Shown here one piece after another: positions 1 through 12,419 of a stretch of 64,000 nucleotides of DNA. Each line of letters opens with the position of its first letter. Within the stretch, counting starts at the first letter, position 1. Source of the DNA: Puccinia triticina (lineage: Eukaryota); NCBI GenBank assembly GCA_026914245.1, contig CP110439.1:6200001-6264000 (forward strand), in the 5' to 3' direction. A program made the position numbers and the translations under genes. A model generated the notes under the pieces. It did not search any database and had not been told where the DNA came from. It worked only from the letters and a program-made list of their open reading frames with translations.

Positions 1-474
1 AAGGGGAATGTGAGAGGGTGTATTAACACATAAAAGGGATATTTACAAATGATGAAAGGGGTATGTATGCATGAAAGGGTTTTGTATGTGTGAAAGGAGT
101 ATGTGCAGTAAGGGGTATTTGCACATGAAAGGGATATGTAAACATCAAAGGGGTATGTAAACCTGAATGATGAAAGGGGTATTGAAAGGGATGTAAAAAA
201 CTCAAAAGGGACATGTAAACATGAAAGGTTCATGAGCACATAATGAAAGGGTATGTACACATTGTGAAAGTCATACATGCACATGAAAGGGATACATGCA
301 CATGAAAGGGTTATGTGCACATAAAAGGGTATGGACACATTGTGAAAGGTGTGAATGCATAAAAAGGGATATGTGCACATGAAAGGGGTATGTGCACATG
401 AAAGGGGTATGTGCACATGCAAGGGATATGTGCACATGAAAGGGGTATGTGCACATGAAAGGGGAATTTGCACA
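1..474. repeat. Degenerate minisatellite, ~19-20 bp unit (ATGTGCACATGAAAGGGGT-like)
   Basis: Recurring TGAAAGGG(G)(T/A)ATGT..ACA units from the window start; most regular at ~370-465. Confidence 0.85.
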
Positions 475-650
475 GGTATCAACTCAGTATTTTGGAGCCT
501 GTACTCAGTTTTTTAGAGATTAGACTCACTCTTGCATAAATTATGCAATTTGCATTTTATCAACCAGTGCTTGATTCTTGCATGATGCACAGCTTGCCTT
601 GAGCTCTTGCATCTCAACTGCAAGCAGTTTCTAGAGTTTTTCTTGCAGTG
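1..650. mobile_element. Probable right end of a CACTA-like non-autonomous element carrying the minisatellite
   Basis: Ends in TTTTTCTTGCAGTG (reverse complement CACTGCAAGAAAAA) at 650, downstream of the tandem repeats. The other end would lie outside the window, so no TSD can be checked. Confidence 0.4.
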
Positions 651-1077
651 TAGCCCACTCCTCCTGCCCTGAAGTGGTTCTGGAGTGGTGAGCCAGCCGT
701 TTTTGGGCTCAAAATTTGAAATTCCCTGAGCCCGCGCGGTCCCAAAGGGGGGGATTGCTCACATAAATCTGCCATGTAAAAAAAATTACAGGAAGTTTCT
801 TGCCAGGGGGGATGGATATGGGGGAGTTTGAAGTGGGCAAAAATAAGCTAAGAAGCTTGCCATTCCAATGGTGCAAAGGGCGCGGGATGAATCAAGAGGA
901 AACAGGGAGGTATTGGGGAAAATGGGGGAGCGTAGGGTCCTCCCTGCCATTTGTCTTGATCCTGTAGGGCAAGACATGCGACTTTAGAGGCAAGTCCCTC
1001 CTTTGGAGGTCGCTACGCTCCCCCGAGGAGGGTACGCTTGTGTTAAGTTTGGGGCTACCCCAGCCTCCAACAAAGCC

Positions 1078-1672
1078 CTAACTTAGCTAATTCCCTCCTT
1101 GGGGGAGCGAAGCGACCTCTGAAGGAGGGACTTACGCGCTATGTGGACCCCGCGGCCTGAGAGAATTATGAATTTTGGTGGGGACTTTTTTAGAATCACT
1201 CTCCCTCATGAGCCTCTGCACCATTTTTGAAATTGTTTACATCTCTGGGATGGCCCAAGCTGTCCCTATCTTGCTACTATTTTTTCCCATCCTCAACACC
1301 TATTGTTGAGCTGTAATCAGAGTTGTAACATCATGGATTCCAGATTCTGTACAGTGCAACATGTGTGATATGGGATATAGCCAACTAGATGAAGTTGCAA
1401 AAAAAGACATTTGAATGTCATTACATATCCCTAAAAATAGGACAATAGGTGGAAAGATTCTCCTTGATGTTCTGCATCTTTTGTTCCCCTACAACTCAAT
1501 CACATAATTATGTGATGTGATGAAGCTACACATGATTGAAAAAGGCCAAGTTCCTGATTCTCCTGATTCTCTCAGGCCACGGGGTCCACTTAGTGTACAA
1601 GTCCCTCCTTCGGAGGGTCCCTGCGGGACGGTGTCCCCCCTCCACAAAGAGAGGGACTTATAGTTAAGTTAG
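1078..1672. mobile_element. MITE with 9-bp TSD (Mutator-like)
   Basis: Termini CTAACTTAGC...GTTAAGTTAG; internal inverted repeat GTGGACCCCGCGGCCTGAGAGAAT (~1144-1167) / ATTCTCTCAGGCCACGGGGTCCAC (~1567-1590); direct repeat AACAAAGCC at 1069-1077 and 1673-1681. Confidence 0.8.
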
Positions 1673-2079
1673 AACAAAGCCCAACGTCCGGGTAGGATTC
1701 GTGGCCTAGCCGCCGTCAGGGGCAGCCCGACCTTCCCAACATACACTCCTCCCAACGTCCGCCGTGCAAAGTTTTGCTGCAGGGGGGGAGAGGGGGCGGC
1801 CAACGTCGGGCCGGACGTCCGCCCGCCGTCCAATGTAGCATTCCTCGCTTCGAATATTTACCCAAGTGCATGTGCATTGTGCACACAGCCACCCCTCCTC
1901 GCTCGGCGCTCCGGCGGCGGAACTTGTTCGTACATACACCTGGTGCGATGCACGGCCCTAAGGCGGCGCCAGCGGACGCGCGACGGATGTCTCGGATCTC
2001 CGGCCGACACTAGCCGAGCTGCCCCGCCCATAAACGGGACCTCCACGGGCTGCAGGAGCCCACGCCGCACACGACCACC

Positions 2080-3504
2080 ATGGAGCGCCTCTGGATCTTC
2101 TCGCACCTCGTCGGCATGCTCCTCCAGGCGCGGCTGTTCCTGCTCGCATGGACCCAGCCGGGGCGGTACCTGGACGACCGGCGGGTGCGCTGGACCCGGC
2201 TCGGCCTGCTGCCGGCCACGCTCGGCCTGCTGCTCCTCAACCACGCCCGCGTCCGCCACACCGCCCTCATCCCCCGCCCGCTCAAGGTCAACCTCGGATG
2301 CATGTTCGCCCAGAACCTCTTCAAGACCGTCCTGCTCGCCTTCAACCGCCCCAGTCCCGCCCGGGTCGCCAAGCTGCGCCAGGCGGGCCCTCAGCCGGCC
2401 CTCTCCGCCCCCGCCGCCCTCTTCCAATCCCTCTCGCTCATCGTCAGGTCAGTCTCGTCACTGCCTCCGCCGTCAGATGACAGGCGGACACTGACCGGTG
2501 TGATCGTCTCTCATCATCAGTGGAAGCACCAATCCGTCCAAGCAACCCAAGCTGGTCACCGGAGGACCCAACCACACGCTCCGCGCCGACCTCGTCTTCC
2601 TCCTCTCGACGATCCGGCGGATGGTGGTGCTGAACCTCTTCGGCATCCTGGCCCTGTACGGCTGGAAGAGCGTGCACGACGAGGGGCTCGTGGGGCGGTA
2701 CCCGATGCTGAAGCGCCACGAGCCCCAGATCACGGCAGTAGTGTGGGGGGTGTTCATCTGGACGGGGATCGACCTGCCGGGCTGTGTGGCCCGGCTGGCG
2801 GCGTTCGCGGCCAAGACGGCCAGCCGCTCCGCGACCGTCCAGCGCCTGCTGCCCGACTTCAGCCGGGTGGACCTCGAACAGACATGCCCATTCTTGTTCG
2901 CGAACTCGCCCCTCGAGGCCTCCAGCATCTCCGCCTTCTGGGGCAGACATTGGCACACCGTCCTCCAGGCCCTCTTCGTCGAGGCCGGCGCGATCCCCCT
3001 CTCCGCACTCGTCCGCGCCGCCTTCGCGCCCCGCAGACCGCCCCCCAAGCTGCTCCGCCTCACCGGAATCTTCGGCGCCTTTGCCGTCTCCGCCATCATG
3101 CACGAACTCGGTCAGTCCCCTGCCCCCCCTCTCTCTCTCTGTGTCAAGCCTCGAATCGCACAGGCAGCCCAGAGCTGACAGTGCGGGGAATACATACAGG
3201 GATTTGGTGCGCAGGCCCGTTCGATCGCCGGCTGAGGACCTCGGTCTTCTTCCTCAGCCAAGCCCTCGCCATGGGTCTCGAGAACGGATTCAAGAGCCTC
3301 TCGGGCCGCCGGGTCGGCGGGCCCCTGGGCAGGATATGGGCCTTCGCCTGGCTCATCTTCTTCGGCGCACCCATGATCGCCGCCTGGATGGAGAGTCTGG
3401 CCATCGACAAACGCAGCATGTTCGAGGCTGCCGAGCGCCTCGGCTTCTGGAGGATGCTGGCCACTCCTCTCGTCTTGCCCTCTCTCATCTTCTCTCGCAA
3501 TTGA
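2080..3504 (+). CDS. Membrane-bound O-acyltransferase (MBOAT_2/wax-synthase/TRI7-like), paralog 1; 3 exons (~2080-2447, 2521-3110, 3200-3504)
   Basis: Motifs SISAFWGRHWH, AFAVSAIMHE(L)G, FFLSQA, LGRIWAFAWL; multiple hydrophobic segments; GT..AG introns 2448-2520 and 3111-3199 join the frames and match paralog 2. Confidence 0.85.
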   Translation: MERLWIFSHLVGMLLQARLFLLAWTQPGRYLDDRRVRWTRLGLLPATLGLLLLNHARVRHTALIPRPLKVNLGCMFAQNLFKTVLLAFNRPSPARVAKLRQAGPQPALSAPAALFQSLSLIVRSVSSLPPPSDDRRTLTGVIVSHHQWKHQSVQATQAGHRRTQPHAPRRPRLPPLDDPADGGAEPLRHPGPVRLEERARRGARGAVPDAEAPRAPDHGSSVGGVHLDGDRPAGLCGPAGGVRGQDGQPLRDRPAPAARLQPGGPRTDMPILVRELAPRGLQHLRLLGQTLAHRPPGPLRRGRRDPPLRTRPRRLRAPQTAPQAAPPHRNLRRLCRLRHHARTRSVPCPPSLSLCQASNRTGSPELTVRGIHTGIWCAGPFDRRLRTSVFFLSQALAMGLENGFKSLSGRRVGGPLGRIWAFAWLIFFGAPMIAAWMESLAIDKRSMFEAAERLGFWRMLATPLVLPSLIFSRN

Positions 3505-4612
3505 CCCACCCTCAATCTCTTCTGTCCAATTCTTGAATGGATCCCATGCTTCCAACTGTCTGCTATCTCATCTGTTTTCCAGGAACGGTGGACGCTTGTA
3601 TACTTAGTCTGCTCACCACCTAGAGTTTCATTCTCCTCCTCACATCAATCATGGGCTGCTATGCTTGACCACTCCCTGTTATACTGTAGCAGCGCTTTTT
3701 TTTTCTCTTCAAGAAAATCTGTACGGTTGGATCAACTTACACTCTGCTAAACCAACAACACTGAAAGAAACATTTTGTATCCACTGTCAAGGTGCATGGC
3801 AAAACCCCAGATCTATCATGGCCGCAGAGGTAAAGAAATGATGTTCATTGGGATACCAATACATGAAATGATACACCCAGATAACAGTATCTGTTGCAGC
3901 GGGGAAATTTCCTTCAATTGGGGTTATGCATCTTGAAATAATCACTGCTACGACTAACTTGTTTCCTGCCAACAATCATGTATGCACTTCACAGTGCACT
4001 ATGCTAGTCTAACTGGGATGACCTAGACCCAGGCAATTATGCTAGCAGTGCCATCACTGGTGCGGTGTTTCTGTGGCATAGCCCGCCCTTTCTTGAGCTC
4101 TGTGGACTCTCTTGGCCCCCACACAAACAGGCCATTCAAATTGTTGCAGCTTAAAGTATAGGAAGAATTTGTATTCATGTGAGTGTCGCGGGGTTCACAC
4201 TGGGATCTTTGCTGCCTGGTCGCACCATGAAAGTGTCTTTATGTCCAGGTTTCATTTCCAGTCTCAGGTCGGCACTTACATACCAACCTCAATTGAAATT
4301 TGGGAGGCATGCTGAAGTTGTCCACTGTCCTCTGTGGGAAAATCCATGCGGAGAGGGCCGCAATCTGGGCCGCCATCTCATCAAGAGCTTGGGTTCAAGT
4401 GTGGAGAAATTTGGGGTGATCAGCTGCCCAGTTTTAAAAACTAACACAGAGAAATGTGGTTTGGTCTTGATGTCTTGGAAGCCTGAATGAATCAGTCAAG
4501 CTTGTACGATTCCCAGTAGTGAAAATAAAAGTATACAACTACCAATTCCACCATGAGATGAATCTATTCAAGAATTGCACAGAAGAGATTGTGGGAGAAG
4601 CCTAGGAATGGG

Positions 4613-6061
4613 TCAATCACGAGAGAAGATAAGTTTGGGCAAGATGAGAGGGGTGAACAGCATCCTCCAGAACCCGAGCCGCTCGGCTTCATCGAACATT
4701 TTCTGTTTGTCATAGGTCAGGTTCTCGAGCCACGCGTCGATCATGGGCGTGCCGAAGAAGATCAGCCAGGCGAAGGTCCATATCCTGCCCAAGGGCCCGG
4801 TAACACGCTGGCCGGAGAGACTCTTGAATGCGCTCTCGAGACACACTGCGACGCCCTGGCTGAGGAAAAAGACCGAGGTCCTCAGACGGCGGTCGAATGG
4901 GCCTGCGCTCCACACCCCTGTATCACAAGATGAATCCGGAAAATCAGGCGGATGGCTTATGGTATTCGCGAGTCGAAGGAGAGAGGGAGGAGCTCAGTGG
5001 ACTGACCGACTTCGTGCATGATGGCCGAGACCGCAAAGGCGCCGATGATTCCGCTGAGACGGAGGAGCTTTGGCGGAGGTTTGTGGGTTCCGAAGGCCCA
5101 GCGAACGAGGGACGTGAGGGGGACCGCGCCGGCCTCGACGAAGAGGCCCTGGAGGACAGTGTGCCAATGTCTGCCCCAGAAGGCGGAGATGCTGGAGGCC
5201 TCGAGGGGCGAGTTCGCGAACAAGAATGGGCATGTCTGTTCGAGGTCCACCCGGCTGAAGTCGGGTGCAGCGGGCAGGCGGTGGGAGGGTATGGCCGGGG
5301 CCAAGAGCCGGTGGACGGACTTGGATGCGAACGCCGCCAGCCGGACCAGACAGCCCGTCAGGTCGATCCCCGTCCAGCAGAACAGCCCCCATACTACGGC
5401 CGTCATCTGGGCCTCGTAGCGCTTCAGCATCGGGTACCGCCCCACGAGCCGGTCGTCGTGCACGCTCTTCCAGCAGTACAGGCCCAGGAGGCCGAAGCTG
5501 TTGAGCACCAGCATCCGCCGGATCGTCGAGAGTAGGAAGACGAGGTCCGCGCGGACCGTGTGGTTGGGTCCTTCGGTGACCAGCTTGGGCTGCTTGGCTG
5601 GATTCGAGCTCCCGCTGATCAACAAGAACACGTCAGCTGATGCGGCGCGATCGTCTCAGCCGAGCAGGCGACGCTCTGGGCCGGCAAAAGAGCACTGACT
5701 TGACGACTAGCAAGGCGGCCTGGACGAGGGTGGCTGGGGCAGAGAGGCCCTGTGGCGCCTCGCGCGTCTGGGCGACTTCAGCCGCGCTCGGCCGGGTGAA
5801 GGCCAGCAGGATGGACTTGAAGAGCTGCCCGGCGAACGTGCAGCCCAGGTTGACCTTGAATTGCCGGACGATGCCCGGGTGGTCTTTCATCGCGGCGTGG
5901 TTGGAGAAGAGCACGCCCAGCGTCAGCGGCAGCAAGCTTATCCTCGTCCAGCGCACCCGTCGGCTGTCGAGGTACGCCGGCTGGGTCCATACCAGCTGGA
6001 GCAGAACGGCCTGGACGAATAAGAGGACGAGGTGAGAACCGACTCTGAGGACCTCGAGCAT
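4613..6061 (-). CDS. MBOAT_2/wax-synthase-like acyltransferase, paralog 2; 3 exons (~6061-5700, 5614-5007, 4917-4613)
   Basis: Three minus-strand ORF pieces align with paralog 1 (FWGRHWH, AFAVSAIMHEVG, FFLSQG, LGRIWTFAWL); introns at the same positions; 3' UTR also homologous to that of paralog 1. Confidence 0.85.
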
Positions 6062-8118
6062 CGCTTGTGTCTTGTCAAGGCCTCGTTCGCCCTTCTTCTC
6101 CTACCCTCACATCTTTTAACTATTCGCCTCCCTTGCCGCACGGAGTTATGAACCTTTCCTATCCACAGTCTATTTACGTAAATACACATCGATCTCCGAC
6201 ATCTCATCCTCCACTTGATCGGGGGCTGCGCATTCGTCCACGGCAGTCCATATTCAAACGGCCGGGCCAAACCTGGCCAAACTCGGGAATCTTCGGAAAT
6301 ACATATCAATCAACCCGAGCAGACCCGAGCACGCCCGGAGAAAATCATGTGCATACTTCGGGAATACTGGAGGACTTCCCGTGCGATCTGGGACTCTCGC
6401 AGATGTCAATATAGACCTAGATTTTCGCAGGGAAATCTAGCTTTTTGGGGTCCAGATCACTTCTGGGAGACCCGCAGATTCCGACGGGAAGCCCTCCACT
6501 GATGTTCTCCACTTTAAACTGGCAATTAATAGTAGGATGATTGCCTTTTTTGTGCACTCCTAGCTCTAGCTACAACGGATACTCAAGAAACAGCCAACTT
6601 GATAGTTGATACGCGACACATCCGGGACACACTTTACCATCAACTCAAGCTGAACTCCATTACTGCACATTGAATGGTAAATGATCTACACCTTTGGGAC
6701 CCCAGGCTACATAGCAGCCTATCTCAACACCAGTCCCTTGATGTTGCTTCAGATCAGGGCCCTGATACAGCCTAGACAGGCTCAGTGATCACTGGCAGAG
6801 TTTGGCTTGGAAACTGGGAAGACTTTGGCAGGTAGAATCTTTCCCTCACAAAACTCCTGCCTTCCCTTGCCACACCAATTTTCAGACTTTCTGGCAACAT
6901 TGGTGCACTTACCATCTTGTCAACGGTTCCATAAAAGTACAGAAGGATAGAGAAGTGAGGGTGGTTTATTTACTTGAGTGAATGAGTGAATGCTTTCTAT
7001 CTGGGCACATCTCTAGAGTGACAGTGATCTAAATACAAAAAGTTGTCAATAAAACTATTTTTAGTTCCTGAATAGGAAAACCAACTCGATTTGTCCATAG
7101 AACAGATGGAGAAAACCCATGCCTGTGCTAGGAGGGGCTGCTAGAGTTTAAATTTGAGAGCCGTCAGCTGGCTATGAATCACAAGCCATCATGAAATAAA
7201 TGAAAAAGTAAAAAATTAACAATGATTATAAGGCCACATTTGGAAGCACCATTATATGTCATAAATGGGGTAAATTTATAATGCACCACCCAAAATTTGC
7301 CCCCCTGTTGCCACCAAATTCCTAAAGCCCCTGGGGTTTGTGCATCATAAATTTGCCTGTGCCTAAAATGATTCCTGGTTGAATACCATTTTGCTGTTTT
7401 CTGAGCACATTTCATATGTGCATTACTGGTATTTGCCTTGAATGACTTCAGGAAAGTGCCCAAACTGAGGGTGCTGGCCAGCCAATCACCTGAATGAAGA
7501 AATTTCTTTCTCCTTGTGTGCAGTATTTTCATATTAACATATTGCTAAAATTTGTTTTCTGCAATCTGGGCCTTTGACTAAGGATACACAACAACTTGTT
7601 GCCAAATTGAAGGTTGCTCAAAGATGTGTCAGTTGGATGGGCTGTCCGCCATCCAGATTGTGGATTGCATGTTTCAATCAGATGTTTGCTCAGGGGAAAA
7701 CCCAGGCAACTGAACTTTCATTTTTCTGCAGCCCACAATCCTTCATCCTGAATGTTGACCAAGCTTGAACTTTGGGCATGGTGATATTTAAGTCTAAGCT
7801 CACTCAGATCCACCCAGCTGGTGGAAATATGACAGGACCTCTCACCCTGGTCCCTGGCTCATGCAGGATATTAATACATCACTGACATTCAAGCACATTC
7901 TCAAAGAAACCAGAAAACCCCCTATAAATGGGGGTAATCTTAAATCCAGAAGATTGACACATTTTTGGACTCCATTCATTATCATACATGTTTCATGCCT
8001 AAACTCAGGAGATTTCCCAGTTTTTCATACATTTTTAATTTCTTCTACCATTGCTGCCGAGTGGGAGAGGGGGGGGGGGGGTGCATGAAAAAAACCTGGG
8101 GGGCATCATCAAGGTGGG

Positions 8119-9214
8119 TGTGAGCCTGTGTCTCTATAGTGACAGCAGTACACATTACAAATATTAGAGAGAGAGAAAGAAGAGAGAGAAGAAGATCTGA
8201 GAGAGAATATTCTGAGTTCAAATGATAATCTGGTGGGTGATAACTTCCACTGGCAATCCTACCTCCTTAAGGGAGTGCTACCAAGCTGTGCTCAAGAGTG
8301 AAACAGCCTCTTCTCACCAAGGAAACATAGAAGGACTCTGAATTAGACAAGTCTAATTAGCCACAATTTATTTAGACTTCTCTGAGGATAGTCAAGGTTC
8401 TTTAAAGGGAAAACTATGTGGTTTGTTCCAACAGTGGGTCGCTACTTTACAGTTATCAATATTGTAACATTATCATAGCGATTTGTGGTCCCTCTACGCT
8501 AACCGGACCGGTAGCCATGGGGAAATGTGGTGTGATATCAATATTGCACTGGGCGGGTGTGTTTTTTTTCAAGGCCGCTACAATATCTATGCGCAGAGCC
8601 GCAGATATTTATCAATATATTGAGCAATAAAAGGCAATTTCAGGGCTGATTTGGCCTTTCACTGCTTAATCAAGTTTTGCTCTTCTTGATAAGGGCTAAT
8701 TGAGCCCTTAATTGCTTAATAACATGTTACTTTTCTCAATGACACGTTACTTTACTAGTAACGGCTGTACAAAAAACGGGTCAGTTACGATAAACGTGAC
8801 GCGGCTATCCGCGTGCTAGCGTTAACAATAACTGTAAAAATGCTAGGCGCAGTTCGCTACTTTACTCTACAGCCCCGGTTATTGTAGAGTAAAGTAGCGA
8901 CCCACCATTGTTTGTTCCTTACAAAAACCACAGAAAAAGAACAATGAATAGTAGGAGAATTTTTAGGTTATGAGGTCAATATATATGAAGACCTGTGATC
9001 AAAGAAGAGAGAAATAAATCAGGGGGAGAGAACAGTCAAGAGACACAGAGGTAGCTCAAGAACTCAGGGAAGGAGTAGAGTTACAAACAAATGCATGGGG
9101 AAACAGAATATGAATTCAAAATAAAGATAACTCTTAAGGTGAAAAAGATATAAAGTACTTTAGGTATAAAAGAGTAGAAAAGGCAGACTTTAGGCCAGAT
9201 GTACAAGGCTGACA
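8119..9214. mobile_element. Solo LTR interrupted by a MITE
   Basis: TG...CA termini (TGTGAGCC...GGCTGACA), 5-bp TSD GTGGG (8114-8118, 9215-9219); both ends homologous to the element at 58726-59693. Confidence 0.85.
8430..8909. mobile_element. MITE nested in the solo LTR
   Basis: TIRs (C)AACAGTGGGTCGCTACTTTAC / GTAAAGTAGCGACCCACCATT(G); flanking direct repeat GTTTGTTCC at 8421-8429 and 8910-8918 (9 bp, or 7 bp if the terminal C/G belong to the element). Confidence 0.8.
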
Positions 9215-9759
9215 GTGGGGTACCAAAAGTAAGCCAAGGTGTGCTGCTGGGGGGGGGGGGGGGGGGATTTTTTGGTACACTCTCAGGAATTTTATACATC
9301 TTTCTATTTACTACCCTCACTTACCCAGGAAAGATTTTATACACTTGAAGTGCTTACCATTGAGGCCACAAAAGCTCATTCCTCCCATTTTGGCTTTTTG
9401 CCAAAAAAAATCATACATGCTCATTACACCCATTTAGAGGGGGTTTCCTGGTTCCTGTTCTCAACTTGCAATGATTGAAATGTGATTGATAAGAACCCAG
9501 ATCAACTTAAGGACAGTTCACGTCTGAGGTTTTAGCAAATCTGCTAATGGCTTGCTTTGCTTAAGTCACCAAATTTTGGTGGGACACTTCTACCATTTTT
9601 TACATCAGTCTGAAAGTGGCCATCCTCAAGCCAAATTCTGGGCATTATACTCAAGTCCCTCCCTTGTGGGAGGGTGCTTGCACCCTGACAAAATCAAGGC
9701 ACTCCAACTTTTTTGGAGTTCTGGCCCCCCAAAGCCAAAAATGTGGAGTGCACAATGTA

Positions 9760-9977
9760 GCTGCACGTTCGCCGGGCAGCTTTTCAAGTCCATCCTGCTG
9801 GCCTTCACCCGGCCGAGCGCGGCTGAAGTCGCCCAGACGCGCGAGGCGCCACAGGGCCTCTCTGCCCCAGCCACCCTCGTCCAAGCCGCCTTGCTAGTCG
9901 TCAAGCCAGTGCTCTTTTGCCGGCCCAGAGCGTCGCCTGCTTGGCTGAGACGATCGCGCCGCATCAGCTGACGTGTT
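9760..9977 (+). pseudogene. 218-bp genomic fragment of MBOAT paralog 2 (end of exon 1 plus most of intron 1)
   Basis: Matches the reverse complement of 5627-5844 with 4 substitutions by manual comparison; no start codon and no downstream exons. Confidence 0.9.
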
Positions 9978-10199
9978 TGGAGTGCATTTAGGCTGACCCT
10001 AAAAGAAAAGGCTGGTTTTATTCAGGCTTGATGAAGGGTGTCTCAGAAGTAGAATTAGCTGTGTGTCTTTCAAAAGTAAGTGATTGTGTCTCCAAAGTTT
10101 TGTCTATACATTGGAATATCAATTGTCTTGCTCAGGATCCAGGTACAGATAGTGTTTCACCCTCATTGAAGCTGGATAATAAAATATAATACAACATAA

Positions 10200-12000
10200 A
10201 CTGCTTCTTGGACAAAGCCCTACATTGCATAAACTGAAAGTCAGTGCAGACACATCTGGTTCAGATATGAGAGGAATACAGAATCATTAAATCAGTGACC
10301 TGATATAACTCTTGTGTGAATCACCTTTGGACCCAAGTTTTCCATAATATAAAGTCCAATTGTCCAATCAAGGCTCCTGAGCATACTCTACATTTCAATT
10401 GCAGAATATGGTGCGGGAAACCTGAGATGTTCAACCCATTGATAAATCATATACTATTGCAAATATAGGTTTTGGGGATCATCCTCTACAGAATCATATC
10501 TTTTTTAAGTTCTCCCCTGAGATCAAATAGATTCTAATATCCTAGAGTTGATTTGGTTCACAGAAAAATTCTTGCTGCATAGAATTTCCCAATCCAGATG
10601 TATTATTAGATAATCCAAATTTTGCCCTCAAGAACCCCCATGAATGACCATAGAAGTAGGTAGGTTGATATAATTGTTTGATTGAGTGATACCTTGACCA
10701 TTTCCAATGGATAAGAGAAATTGCTGAATTTGAGGATCACCTGCTGCGCGCAAGTTGACTGAAAGGCAGATGAAATTTTGTTGAATGTATCTCCAGCAGT
10801 AAGAGTTGATAATGCTTGCATCAACAATCTGGGGATGCAATCCCTTCCTTACCATTGGTAGAACCTGACAGAAATTGCCTCCTAGTGCAATCACCTTTAA
10901 CCAAAGGGTTGGTCTGAATCCATCAAGTCTTGGAGTCATCTGTCTACTAATTCAAGTGCATGTCTATGTGTCATTGGGGCTTCATCCCAAATTATCAGCT
11001 TTGATTGCCTCAACACATTTGCCGTTTGGGGATGTTTTGCAATTGAAGAGACTGAATTTTGCAGAAGCTTTGGTAGAAATCCAAATGTTAGATGGGAATT
11101 CTTGCCATATGGCATGTTCATAGCTGCAATTCTTGTGGACCTGTAGACTCAGAGTGATTAAAAATAACAAAGTCTTTCCATAGCCTCCTGGACCATCAAT
11201 AAAGAAGCACAAAGGTTTTTCTGAATAACATGCATTGATGATCTGATCAAAGGCTAATATCTGCTGATTGTTCAAATGATTTGCATTGTCAATTTGAACT
11301 TGGTCAACATTGAAGCTTGACCTTTAGGCTCTCTTCATCCAAAATTAATTTTCCCTTTAGCTCCACCAACAGAAGGACCATATCTTGTAAATCCGGAAAT
11401 GATATATCCACACATGAAATACCATTCTGTAGCAGGATTGGATTGCTTACTTCAATAATTTGATTTCTAATGAGTGCATCATTTTGACATCCCTGATGCA
11501 AGCAGTCTTTGGTCATGAAATTGTAGGAAGAATTCCATAAACACAGAGAAGGTCTGAAGGTTAAAATGTTGCTAAAAGTATAACAAATAACTTTCTCAAA
11601 CATGATGGCATCATTGTTTCATTTGCTTCAGCCATTGTGGCTTCCAAATAATGATCATTTTCCAACAGATCCCGGTCCAAAGCAGCTGAAAAAAACTGTT
11701 ATAAATTTGTCCCTGAAATGTACAGATATTCTCAAATGAGGTGGCACCAGTGAAATGATTGATTAGTAGAGGTAAATGCTTCCTGGATCAGAAGGATAAA
11801 ACACATAAATTCTTCCAATTGAATACCCCTTCTGCCTTGGTCTCCATTCTAATTTGCTACTGGATTGCCATGTGTATTACTGGGGGAATTCAGCATATTT
11901 GAGCTCCCTGGCCTGAGGATCTATTAGAATACTTGCAAAATATCCTGTGAGCATAGTTTTAGCTTCAGCACCCAGATCATTGCCTTTTTCTGAATCTAGC
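10200..12000 (-). mobile_element. Degenerate Helitron Rep/PIF1-helicase remnant
   Basis: Fragmented minus-strand motifs: FFIDGPGGYGKT (Walker A), LIIWDEAPMTHRHALELVDR, LGGNFCQVLPMV, LNISGFPHHILQLK, IGRIY..LLINHFTGATSFE; many stops and frameshifts. Boundaries approximate. Confidence 0.8.
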
Positions 12001-12419
12001 TTGCCATTCTGCAATATATCTATCCCGTGGCATAAGCTCTTCTCAATTTCTCATTGGAATCTTGCATTTTTTCAATGAAAAAATGAAAGATTTGAGAATC
12101 AGAATGGGGAATTTAGTTGAGCTGTGATGAGGGGGACAGTATATTACTCATCAAAGGCAATGGGTGGTGTCTGATGATTGAATTGGTTGGGGGAAGTAAC
12201 AGCACATTGTGTGGTTATAATATGTTCTTTTGAAGGTACAGACGGTCAAAATCAGGCATTTTATCAAGGCTATAGATGTGTAACCAAGATGGATGAAGCA
12301 TATTTCCTCAACATACTTGGTTGTTGGTTTGTAGCTGAGTCCAATGAAGCAGATTTGTTATGGAATTGGTCATCAATGAGGTTGGTTACCTCTGGAGGTC
12401 AATCAGGTATGGATTTCTG

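Noticed and set aside
2080..3504. Uninterrupted 474-aa ORF through MBOAT paralog 1
   Set aside because: The two introns sum to 162 nt (a multiple of 3) and high GC suppresses stops, so the middle is the wrong frame of exon 2; the conserved motifs lie in the 2621-3178 frame.
1706..6500. Many overlapping and antisense ORFs across the two GC-rich genes
   Set aside because: Expected shadow ORFs of GC-rich coding DNA; no independent motifs.
6600..8100. Short ORFs (e.g. 7179-7532)
   Set aside because: CpG-depleted, fragmented, no motifs; likely unclassified TE remnant.
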